Assembly (NCBI GenBank): GCA_041396725.1
Contig: JAWKYA010000007.1
Span: 2,279 to 66,278, forward strand
Origin: Alphaproteobacteria bacterium
Lineage (GTDB): Bacteria > Pseudomonadota > Alphaproteobacteria > JAWKYA01
Length of the DNA: 64,000 nucleotides
Reading direction: 5' to 3'
Made by a program: the position numbers and the translations under genes. Below are positions 19,500 to 27,720 of the stretch, in pieces. The notes below the pieces were generated by a model. The model worked only from the letters and a program-made list of their open reading frames with translations. It did not search any database and was not told the origin of the DNA. How positions within the stretch are numbered: the stretch's first letter is position 1; the number at the start of each line of letters is the position of its first letter.

Positions 19500-19863
19500 G
19501 GGGCTATCTGGGGGGCTATCTGGGGGATTGTGGAAGTATCGCCCCTCTGTAAGTCAGGGTGGCTATACTGCTGATTCCGCGGCTGTTTGGCGCCGGTCGC
19601 CGGGGTCTCGGCGGCCAAGCCCTCCCTGGGATAGTTGGGGGGATAGTTAGGCGCCAGAAAATTACAAGTCATCATCGTCTCCGTCATAACAAGTGTTTCC
19701 GCAGTCGGGGCGGGTTTGAAGACTCGCGCCCAAAGGGAAGCCGCCCAAAGGGAGGCAAGGAGAAAGGGTTCATCTAAAGATTAAGGGAGGGACTTAAAGC
19801 CGAGGCCCCAGAGAGACGTTTGTATGAGCGAGACGTTTATATGAGAGAGACTTTTATAAACGA
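19500..19863. repeat. cluster of four unrelated short tandem duplications
   Basis: ggggctatctgg x2 (19500-19523); gggatagtt repeated at 12-bp period (about 19628-19650); cgcccaaagggaRg at 15-bp period (19727-19755); GAGACGTTTRTATGAGM x3, 17 bp each (19813-19863). Confidence 0.85.
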
Positions 19864-19896
19864 GGTCCTGATACAGAGAGTCTTTGAAAACCCTTT

Positions 19897-19945
19897 AAAA
19901 ACAAAAGCCCATAGGCATGATCCCGATCCCGGGCACACCTTGGGC
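19897..19945 (-). terminator. probable Rho-independent terminator of the glycosyltransferase gene
   Basis: On the minus strand, gcccaagg...cctatgggc (8 bp with one bulge) is followed by ttttgttttt, about 80 nt after the stop at 20024. Confidence 0.5.
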
Positions 19946-20023
19946 CTCACGGGGAACATTATAAGAACATTGGAGGCTTAGGTCAAGACGAATCTTGTGT
20001 CCGTTAAGGGTCTGGCCGCTCGA

Positions 20024-21253
20024 TTATTTTGGGAAAGAGCCTTGGCTCAAGACCTCGTCATAGACGGCAAGAGTGCGCTTGCCCATGAGGTCGCGGTCGT
20101 AATGTTGGCGAACAAAGGCCGCTGCCTCTTTGGTTGCCGTATTCTTCAGGTCCGGCGTTAGGCTGAGAGCGGCGGAGAGGGCCTCGGCCAAGGCGGCCAC
20201 TCCCCCAGGTGGCGTTAGCCAGCTTGCGGCACCGGGCTTAACCGTCTCGCGGCTACCGCCGTGATCGGTGGCAATAATGGGCCGCTCCATCGCCTGAGCT
20301 TCGACGGCGATGCGGCCGAAAGCTTCGGGATCGGTCGAAGCCGAGACCACAACACTGGCCAATTTATAGGCCGCCGGTATATCGGCACAGTGGGGGACGA
20401 TCTGAATAATATCGCTCAGACCCAAGGACTTGGTTTTGGCTTCGAGTTCTTGACGATAACCGTGACGACCTTGATCGGAGCCGACCAAGACGCACCGAAG
20501 ATCGCGGCGTCCCAGCCGTGCCAGGGCGTCGATTAAAACCGTCTGACCTTTCCATCGAGTCAATCGTCCGGGCAAGAGGACAACCGGCAGATCCTCGGGC
20601 AAGCGCCAGGCATTGACCAATTTAATCACCCGTTCGGTGGATACACTCGAGGGATCAAACCGGACCATATCGATCCCACGGGGGATAACCCGCAAGCGTC
20701 GATCATCTATCCCATAATGCTGGCGCACATAGGCCGCAGTGAATTCAGAATTTGCAATGACCCGATCGCCTTCCGTCATGATCCGATTGTACCGATGTTT
20801 GAGCGGGTTATTGGCATTATAGGTGCCATGAACCGTGGTGATGAAAGGCCGGCGGGTGCGCTTGGCTGCAAAGTAGGCGCTCCATGCGGGAGCGCGGCTG
20901 CGCGCATGGATCAACCGCACGTCGTGAGCGGCCATCAAATATTCAAGCCGAGAGATGTTATGCCACAGGGTAATGGGATTTTTCGAATCCAGCGCTAAAG
21001 TAACATGGGGGGCACCGATCCGTACTAAATCGTGAGTCAGATCGCCACCTGCCGATGCCACCACCGGACGCCATCCTGCGCCCGCCAAGGCACTAGCAAT
21101 ATCGAGGGTTGATTGCTCGACTCCGCCACCACCGCTTTTAAGACTGGGGAGGACCTGCAATACTGTTGGTCCATTGCCGATAACCCGGGGTCGTCTTGCC
21201 GCAGCGGCAAGCCAAGAAGGGATGGCAGTACTTTGAGAATCGGGAGGTGTCAT
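20024..21253 (-). CDS. GT4-family (GT-B fold) glycosyltransferase
   Basis: 409 aa. N-terminal GGGVEQSTLDIASAL, C-terminal EAFGRIAVEAQAMERPIIATDHGGSRE (E-x7-E-type region). Confidence 0.85.
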   Translation of the reverse strand: MTPPDSQSTAIPSWLAAAARRPRVIGNGPTVLQVLPSLKSGGGGVEQSTLDIASALAGAGWRPVVASAGGDLTHDLVRIGAPHVTLALDSKNPITLWHNISRLEYLMAAHDVRLIHARSRAPAWSAYFAAKRTRRPFITTVHGTYNANNPLKHRYNRIMTEGDRVIANSEFTAAYVRQHYGIDDRRLRVIPRGIDMVRFDPSSVSTERVIKLVNAWRLPEDLPVVLLPGRLTRWKGQTVLIDALARLGRRDLRCVLVGSDQGRHGYRQELEAKTKSLGLSDIIQIVPHCADIPAAYKLASVVVSASTDPEAFGRIAVEAQAMERPIIATDHGGSRETVKPGAASWLTPPGGVAALAEALSAALSLTPDLKNTATKEAAAFVRQHYDRDLMGKRTLAVYDEVLSQGSFPK

Positions 21254-21299
21254 TGATCCTGTATCGTCAACCTTTTATGCGGCAAGGCCGACCCTGGCT

Positions 21300-22067
21300 A
21301 TGACACGAGATCACACGCCGCGCTACCTAAAATGTAAGGGAGAAACACTCGCCTGTCATGTTCAACCCGGAAATGCGCCCGGCATTGTGTTTTTGGGTGG
21401 ATTTGGCTCGGATATGACAGGGAGCAAAGCAAGCTTTCTCAGCCAGTTTTGCCAAGACCGCGGGCGATCCTATCTCCGATTCGATTATTCGGGTCATGGC
21501 CAATCCTCGGGTCAGTTTATCGAGGGCACCATTGGCCGATGGTTAGATGACGCCACAGCGGTATTTGACCACTTCACGACTGGGCCGCAAATCCTAGTTG
21601 GTTCCAGTATGGGCGGTTGGCTGATGATTCTGTTGGCGCTCCGGCGGTTGGATCGGGTTGCCGGGTTGATCGGAATCGCGGCGGCACCGGATTTTACCGA
21701 GGATTTGATCTGGCAGACTCTGAGCGCGGCCGATCGTCACCGCTTGACGCAAGAAGGTGTGATCTACGCCCCATCGGCTTATGATTCCGAGACAACGCCG
21801 CTCACCTTGCGATTGATCGAAGATGGTCGCCGGCATTTGGTATTGCGGCAACCTATTCCTTTTGTAGGGCCAGTTCGATTGCTCCACGGAACAAGGGATG
21901 ACGATGTGCCGTGGCAAACATCCTGTCGCTTAGCCGAGGCGATCGTGAGTACAGACGTGATTGTAACCTTGATTAAAGGAGGCGATCACCGCTTATCGTC
22001 GCCTGCGAATCTGGACTGTCTAGGTGCGCGCGTAGATGAAGTCTTAGCTGCGTTATCTATTGGATAA
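21300..22067 (+). CDS. alpha/beta-fold hydrolase
   Basis: VGSSMGGW nucleophile elbow (GxSxG), HGTRDDDVP and GGDHRL near the C-terminus. Confidence 0.75.
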   Translation: MTRDHTPRYLKCKGETLACHVQPGNAPGIVFLGGFGSDMTGSKASFLSQFCQDRGRSYLRFDYSGHGQSSGQFIEGTIGRWLDDATAVFDHFTTGPQILVGSSMGGWLMILLALRRLDRVAGLIGIAAAPDFTEDLIWQTLSAADRHRLTQEGVIYAPSAYDSETTPLTLRLIEDGRRHLVLRQPIPFVGPVRLLHGTRDDDVPWQTSCRLAEAIVSTDVIVTLIKGGDHRLSSPANLDCLGARVDEVLAALSIG

Positions 22068-22952
22068 AGTTTCCGCGGCAAGGATTCGACGCAGGCCCTC
22101 GCGATAAGTTGGGCAAAGAAGACGAATGCCGAGATCGGTCTTTATTTTGGCATTGCTCACCCGCTTATGATCACGCCAAAAACTGCGACCCATATCCGAG
22201 AGTTGAGCCTCGGCAAAAGGAATCAGTGGTGGTGGCTCCACCCCTAACAAGGCACAGGCTTCGGTGACAACAGTGGCGGGCTCGGCCGGTTCATCGTCGC
22301 ACAGGTTATAGAGGGCACCGGGATCTGGTTTCTGCATCGAGGCAAAAAGGATCTGGGTAATATCATCCACATGGATGCGACTGAAGGTGTGTCCAGGTTT
22401 ATCGATCCGCTGTGCTTTTCCCATCCGCACATCGTCAAACACCGAATAACCAGGTCCGTAAATGCCCGCTAGACGAAAGAGATGCACCGGCAGACGATGG
22501 TGATAAAAAAGATCACGCCACGCAGCTTCGGCGGCAAGGCGACGGCGGGTGCGATCGCTGGTCGGGTGGCATTCCGATTGCTCTGTGACCTCTTTGCCGT
22601 GCCAATCTCCATAGACGCCGGTGGTGGAAAGGTATCCAATCCATTGGACCTTTTTCAATCGCATCAGGATTTTATCTGTCAGGTTCAGCACCGGATCCCC
22701 AGAGGGGTCAGGAGGAATCGAACTCAACACATGGGTTGCAGCCGCGAGGGCGGTGCGCGCCTGAGGCAGCAACCCTGTATGGTGCGAGAAAACGAAAGCA
22801 TTGAATCCATGGGATGCCAAATAGGCGCAGCCTTCAAGGCTACGGGAGGTTCCGGCCACTTGCCAGCCCTTGGCTTGTAAATCACGGCCCAAGGCTTGAG
22901 CAGAATAGCCAAGGCCGAAGACGAATAGGGAACCAGGAGATGTGTTTGCCAT
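22053..22952 (-). CDS. NAD(P)-binding SDR/epimerase-family protein
   Basis: LFVFGLGYSAQAL Rossmann start, YLSTTGVYGD, and typical atypical-SDR length. The Met at 22952 is preferred over the listed start. Confidence 0.7.
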   Translation of the reverse strand: MANTSPGSLFVFGLGYSAQALGRDLQAKGWQVAGTSRSLEGCAYLASHGFNAFVFSHHTGLLPQARTALAAATHVLSSIPPDPSGDPVLNLTDKILMRLKKVQWIGYLSTTGVYGDWHGKEVTEQSECHPTSDRTRRRLAAEAAWRDLFYHHRLPVHLFRLAGIYGPGYSVFDDVRMGKAQRIDKPGHTFSRIHVDDITQILFASMQKPDPGALYNLCDDEPAEPATVVTEACALLGVEPPPLIPFAEAQLSDMGRSFWRDHKRVSNAKIKTDLGIRLLCPTYREGLRRILAAETLSNR

Positions 22953-23870
22953 GGTTTCGACGCGATCCCGCGTCACATTATTTAAAAGGGGTGCCGCTTC
23001 TAAGGTGATAAGCCTCTTCCTAAATCGGAGCAATGCTTTGTTACAAAGACGCATTTTTCTTACCCTCGGCTTTTTGATCTTGGGTTCGCTCAGTAGTCCA
23101 TCCTTAGTTTTGGCCTCGGATCCGCCAAAGCTTTTAGGTGCAACGCCTGAGGTCGCTTATCAAAACTGTATGACCATGACGGCGAAGAAACCCGAGGAGG
23201 CTTGGGAGCTGGCGTCGGGATGGATTCAAACGGGGGGGATGTTTCCGGCACGGCATTGCGCGGCGGTTGCCCTGATGAACCTCAAACATTACGACGAGGC
23301 CGGTAAGCGCCTTCAAGAATTAGGGCAGGAAATGGCGAAAGAACCACCAGAGTTGATCGCCGCTGTTTTCGCCCAAGCCGGGCGTGCGTGGCTGTTGGCC
23401 AACGAAGCTAATCTCGCTTATTCGGTGCAGTCGCGGGCCTTGCAGTTAACACCGAACGATCCGAACTTCTGGTCGATCGAGCGGAGTCCCTTGCTCGGCG
23501 AAACGCTTGCCTGAGGCGGTTGATGATTTAACAAAAGCGCTGACCCTCGATCCCCGTAAGGTCGATGCTCTCGGGTCTTGCGTGCCAGTGCCCATCGTCA
23601 GCTCGACGCTGGCGCAGGCCGCCGCCAAAACAGTGATGCGGATCGTGCCTTGGGCCATCGATCCTGTAACCATGCCGATGGCTTGCTGGAACGCGGGATT
23701 TACGAGCCCGCGCCGGTGACCACACAATGCGCGCGCCGATTGGATGCGGGTATTGAAGATAAGCCCCAATAGTCCTACCGGTGATGCGGGCACGCATGAA
23801 TATCGAGGCCATGGATGTGAAGGTGGACGGCAAGCCGAACGCGGTTGCCCGGCATACCTGCGGCGGCTAA
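22942..23870 (+). pseudogene. periplasmic TPR-repeat protein, 3' half broken by several frameshifts
   Basis: Intact to about 23480 (signal peptide, TPR-like repeats, ...LQLTPNDPNFW). The repeat sequence then continues in other frames: AEAVDDLTKALTLDPRKVDAL (frame of 23507), LRASAHRQLD...ADGLLERG (frame of 23578), ARADWMRVLKISPNSPTGDA (frame of 23744), ARMNIEAMDVKVDGKP... ending at TAA 23868-23870. The true start is uncertain. Confidence 0.6.
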
Positions 23871-23974
23871 CAATGCAGCGCCTGTCGCCCCCCCACATCG
23901 AGCGCGATGGGCACACCAACAGGGGCATCAGCATCAGGAACCAAAGCCAGAAGTAGGTCCAGCTTAGCGCGAAT

Positions 23975-25318
23975 TTAATCAAGGCGTGCCGACTGCGGCA
24001 CACAGGCAGTTGTCGTAACGATCCCCCACCGCAGCCACAACAGAGTTCCTAAGGCTATGGCAAAGAGTGAGCAGTGGCGAGGGATCGGGATTCTGTGCCA
24101 AACGGGTAGGCGCAGCATAATCCCGAACAAAGAAGTTTGCGTATAACGGCGTGGAAGAATACGGTAAAGGCAAACCAAAATTTAGATTTAAAAACGACCC
24201 CAACTACGGCGGTAGGCCGGGATCGTCGATACAAAACGCTTGCGGCGATGGGGTTGCTGCGAAGTCTTTCGATAAGTAAGGAGCGCCTGCAAAATAAAAA
24301 GAAACAAGGGCCAAAGGTGACCCAAGTGGCAACAACGCCGTCGTCAATCCCATCCACAAAGACGAAGCGTCGCCGTGTCGATAACCGGCAAGAAAAGCAA
24401 CAAAACTCCATCAAGATGAGCGGGCCCGGGGTCGCTTTCTGCAAGCGCTAGCCCATCGACCATTTCATCCGTGCCGAGCCACCCATAGTGCGATACAGCT
24501 TGTTGCGCCACATAAGAGAGAACGGCATAAGCGCCGCCGAAAGTCACAAGAGCCATTTTACTGAAGAAAATACCAACCTCAGCCAAGGTACTGTGCCATC
24601 CTAACCAAGCACCTGCACCAAAGACGGGACCAAGCCAGAGAACAAAACAAACGATCGCAACCTTTCCTGTCGCGTGCCACGAAACAGGATCCATGGGTGC
24701 ATCCGACAGAAGCGGTTCTATCTTTGCTGTCGACGATGAAAGGACAGGATGCGCTACGGGAGAGAAATATTCTGGCCGCAGGCGTGTTGCGATCAAGCCC
24801 ACGGTGCCAGCGCCCAGGATGACAAAAGGGAAGGGCACAGCGAAAACAAACAAGGCGATAAACGCCAAGATAGCGAGTATAAGATGAAAGGAAGTATGGA
24901 GGGCGCGGCGACTTAATCGCCAGAGCGCGAGAGCGACCATGGCAACGACAGCCGGCTTGAGCCCATAGAAAATCATCATCAGAATGTGCGTCTTATGAAA
25001 GAGCGCATAAACCGTGCTTAATGTGAGGACCACAGCAAGGCCTGGTAAAATAAAAAGAAGTCCAGCGGTCAGGCCGCCGATGGTTCGGTGGAGAAGCCAA
25101 CCGATATAGACGGCCAGCTGCTGAGCCTCGGGTCCGGGTAAAAGCATGCAATAATTGAGTGCATGTAAAAATCTTTTTTCTCCGATCCAGCGCTTCTCTT
25201 CGACAAGGATACGATGCATCAGGGCGATTTGCCCTGCGGGGCCACCAAAACTTAACAACCCAATTCGCACCCATACGGCCAGTGCTTCGGAAAAAGGAAC
25301 GACAGGATTGTTTTTCAT
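23975..25318 (-). pseudogene. chrA: chromate transporter ChrA, C-terminal third broken by frameshifts
   Basis: The N-terminal part is intact (GLLSFGGPAGQIALMH...LNYCMLLPGPEAQQLAVYIGW; second half ...ALVTFGGAYAVLSYV...DGLALAE). After about 24450, recognisable pieces (TPGPLILM, FVAFLAGYRHGD, ATWVTFGPCF, AGAPYL, IERLRSNP, TAVVGVV, LWLRWGIV) are spread over three frames. The start ATG overlaps the upstream stop (ATGA). Confidence 0.75.
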
Positions 25319-26154
25319 GGAGTGTCGGTCCCCTGTTTTGCCAGGATTTTTGGGGGCCACTCATGGGCTTCGGTTTGCCCGTCGCGGCACCAGGCATAAA
25401 GACCGTCATAAAGGGTGATCGCCGTTTGCAGGAGCGCCTGATCGTCGTGAATAACGCGAGATAATCCTAACGATAGAGCGAGCAATCCTGCGGCCTCTGC
25501 GGCGATGTGGCAGGCACTGGTATCGGCACCACGAATGATGGCGGCTAAGCGATCAAGGCCTGGAGCCTTCAGGGAGAATAGACGCAGAAGACTATCGAAG
25601 CTGCAAAACTCTCCCTCATGACTGATCGGGGCACCAGGGATATCAAAAGCGATCCCTTTCGTTTGTTGCGCTAAGGATAGAACCTCGGCGGTGGGTACAT
25701 AAAGGATTCGCGCATCAGGATCGATAAAGCGCCGAATTAACCATGGGCAAGCTAGTCGATCGATTTTTGGTCGCTCACGCGTGATCCAGAGACTTCCTGT
25801 TAATGTCGTCATCAAGGGCAAACGGCGAACCGTAGGATAGGCTAGCTCCTTCCATCCATCGATCCCACCTTCGAGATAACGGGCGTCGCGGCCCAGTTGA
25901 ATAAGGCGTGTCGCGGTATTTTGACTCACTTCATGACCATGGACGCAGTAAACGAGGACCGGGCCGGACGGAAGATCGGCCGCCCATTGATCCACGGATT
26001 CAGGGTCCCCGCGCCGCGCCGCGGGTAGGCGAAAATCATCGCTTATAAAGGCGGGCTCCCGGCGGACATCGACAATAACTGGGGCTGTCGCAGTGCCAAT
26101 TAACGATAAAAGAGATGAAGGCGGTAGGGCAGGAGGGCGAGGGTCGACGGTCAT
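25315..26154 (-). CDS. rhodanese domain fused to ChrB C-terminal-like (chromate resistance) domain
   Basis: N-terminal VIVDVRREPAF...VLVYCVHGHEVSQ...YLEGGIDGW (rhodanese with active-site Cys loop). C-terminal RPKIDRLACPWLIRRFIDPDARILYVP resembles the Chrome_Resist/ChrB C-terminal domain (from memory). Translationally coupled to chrA. Confidence 0.7.
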   Translation of the reverse strand: MTVDPRPPALPPSSLLSLIGTATAPVIVDVRREPAFISDDFRLPAARRGDPESVDQWAADLPSGPVLVYCVHGHEVSQNTATRLIQLGRDARYLEGGIDGWKELAYPTVRRLPLMTTLTGSLWITRERPKIDRLACPWLIRRFIDPDARILYVPTAEVLSLAQQTKGIAFDIPGAPISHEGEFCSFDSLLRLFSLKAPGLDRLAAIIRGADTSACHIAAEAAGLLALSLGLSRVIHDDQALLQTAITLYDGLYAWCRDGQTEAHEWPPKILAKQGTDTP

Positions 26155-26280
26155 GGCTCTTCCTCTCGTAAAACGAGGGTTGAGCAGAACTTGGACGGAA
26201 GCCCGTCTTGACCGAAACCGGGAGTCTGCGATGCCCCGATGTGTAAAGCCTAGAGGTAAAAATAAATTACGGCAAGTTGT

Positions 26281-26949
26281 TTAAAAATCCAAATCGGTAT
26301 AATGCCGGGGCGGTGGGGCGCCAGCTATAGAATCTGCGAGGATGGACCGGAAGCTTGGTCGCGACTTGATCCGCGCATACCAATCTTTGGTGGCAGGATA
26401 ATCCTCCCAGGGGACATCGCCGCAGTAATCGATACAGGATAGGTGCGCGGCCGCCGCAATGTCGGCAATCGAGAGCCGATCGCCCGCCAGCCAACTGCGC
26501 CGATCCATCAAATAGCTGATGTAATCGAGGTGGGTGCGGATATTGGCAAGTCCGGCACGGATGGCGCCGGAGTCTGGTTGACCCGTTTGGGTAATCCGCT
26601 TCACAAGCTTTTCATCAAGAATATTGCGGGTGACCTCGCGATTGAATTTCTCGTCGAACCAGGCGGCTAGGCGCCGGGTCTCAGCGCGCTCGCGGGGATG
26701 GCGCCCAATCAACAGCGGTTCGGGCCGCATCTCGTCTAGATACTCGGTAATAGGACTGTGGCCGCAAATGGCAATGGTCCCATCTTCCAAGAGAACGGGG
26801 ATCTCGCCCGTGGGATTGAGGGCAAGGAAGTCGCGCCGGCGCTCGGCTGGATTTTCCGGGATCAAGGTTGCGTCGAGACCTTTTTCACTCAAGATAATGC
26901 GGATCTTTCGGCAAAAAGGATCGAGAGGCTGATGATAAAGCGTGCGCAT
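26281..26949 (-). CDS. glutathione S-transferase
   Basis: N-terminal thioredoxin-like region (YHQPLDPFCRKIRIILSEKGL...NPTGEIPVL) and alpha-helical C-terminal domain; 222 aa. Confidence 0.85.
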   Translation of the reverse strand: MRTLYHQPLDPFCRKIRIILSEKGLDATLIPENPAERRRDFLALNPTGEIPVLLEDGTIAICGHSPITEYLDEMRPEPLLIGRHPRERAETRRLAAWFDEKFNREVTRNILDEKLVKRITQTGQPDSGAIRAGLANIRTHLDYISYLMDRRSWLAGDRLSIADIAAAAHLSCIDYCGDVPWEDYPATKDWYARIKSRPSFRSILADSIAGAPPPRHYTDLDF

Positions 26950-27120
26950 TACTTATCGGGATAAGCGAAAACAAGCGCGCTGTCAAAATACTCCCCGCAT
27001 GCCAACGATCGTGAGGACCGAGGCGCTGTCGCGCCGCTTGGAGATCTTCGACAATCAGCCGACTCGGGCGCGCTGTCGCGTCGCAAGCGAATGATGAGAA
27101 GAGATATTTTAAGATAAGGA

Positions 27121-27151
27121 AAAGGCGGCACTTTAAAGAAGGTGCCGCCTT
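27121..27151 (-). terminator. terminator hairpin after the Lys/Ala-rich protein gene
   Basis: aaaggcggcac-N9-gtgccgccttt. On the minus strand it is followed by tttcctt. Confidence 0.6.
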
Positions 27152-27163
27152 TATAGAACCGAT

Positions 27164-27189
27164 AAGCTTAACGCTTAAGCTTAGCGCTT
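27164..27189. repeat. 13-bp tandem duplication (aagcttaRcgctt x2) spanning a stop codon
   Basis: Read directly. The second unit contains the TAA (27181-27183) of the Lys/Ala-rich protein gene. Confidence 0.8.
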
Positions 27190-27531
27190 ACGGGTAGCTT
27201 TCTTGGCAGCCTTTTTCTTTGCGGCAGGCTTTTTCGTAGCGGATTTTTTCGCGGTTGATTTCTTCGCAACCTTCTTCTTTCCAGCAGGTTTCTTGGCCGC
27301 GGCCTTTTTTGCGGTTGATTTCTTCGCAGCCTTCTTCGCCGTTGATTTCTTCGCTGGCGTCTTCTTGACAGTGCGAGCTTTCTTCGCTGCACCCTTTTTC
27401 GACTTGGTCTTTTTGGCAGGCTTACCAGCGGCGACCGGCGCGGCCTTCGCTATTTCAGCAGATTCACCCTGGAAAAGCTGTGCGGCAGCAGCAGTCATTT
27501 CGTTTCCAGGAGCAGTCTTCGTCTTAGCCAT
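27181..27531 (-). CDS. histone H1-like Lys/Ala-rich repeat protein
   Basis: MAKTKTAPGNEMTAAAAQLFQGE..., then about 80 aa of KK(S/A)TAKKAAKK-type repeats. The Met at 27531 is preferred. Confidence 0.7.
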   Translation of the reverse strand: MAKTKTAPGNEMTAAAAQLFQGESAEIAKAAPVAAGKPAKKTKSKKGAAKKARTVKKTPAKKSTAKKAAKKSTAKKAAAKKPAGKKKVAKKSTAKKSATKKPAAKKKAAKKATRKR

Positions 27532-27720
27532 GTTTATTCCCCACAAGAGTTATATGCGGGAGCCTATATACATGGAGATCATGAATCTCCCAAGTATCTT
27601 TTTAGTCGATTTGCTCTGAGAGAATGAAAGCGACCAAGCGGTGAACGCTCATGTATCTCTCCTCTTTAAGGGGCATTTATCGCGCGCGAAGTAGGTTTTA
27701 TGATCAAGGGGGTGACGAAC

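Noticed and set aside
19307-19687. 126-aa minus-strand ORF with a Cys/His-rich tail (CVFHTHYVFYAHFQSVFHTHQIHT) and in-frame 12-bp repeats (NYPPNYP, PQIAPQIAP).
   Set aside because: The His/Cys pattern is simply the translation of the TGTG/CACA palindromes. There is no Shine-Dalgarno before the ATG, and many rare codons are used (AGG, ATA, AGA, CGA, TTA). The frame-preserving repeats are intriguing, but I judge the ORF most likely non-coding.
19255-19863. Replication-origin-like reading of the thrS upstream gap (iteron-like 3 x 17 bp repeats, an AT-rich core, and a weak DnaA-box-like ttttccacc at about 19258).
   Set aside because: There is no initiator gene nearby. The DnaA-box match is only 6 of 9. 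The genes flanking the gap are not those that usually flank alphaproteobacterial origins. I mention it only as an unlikely option in the findings.
27203-27619. 138-aa plus-strand ORF rich in Phe/Ala (FFAAGFFVADFF...).
   Set aside because: It is the antisense translation of the Lys/Ala repeat gene (AAG/GCC read backwards), not an independent gene.
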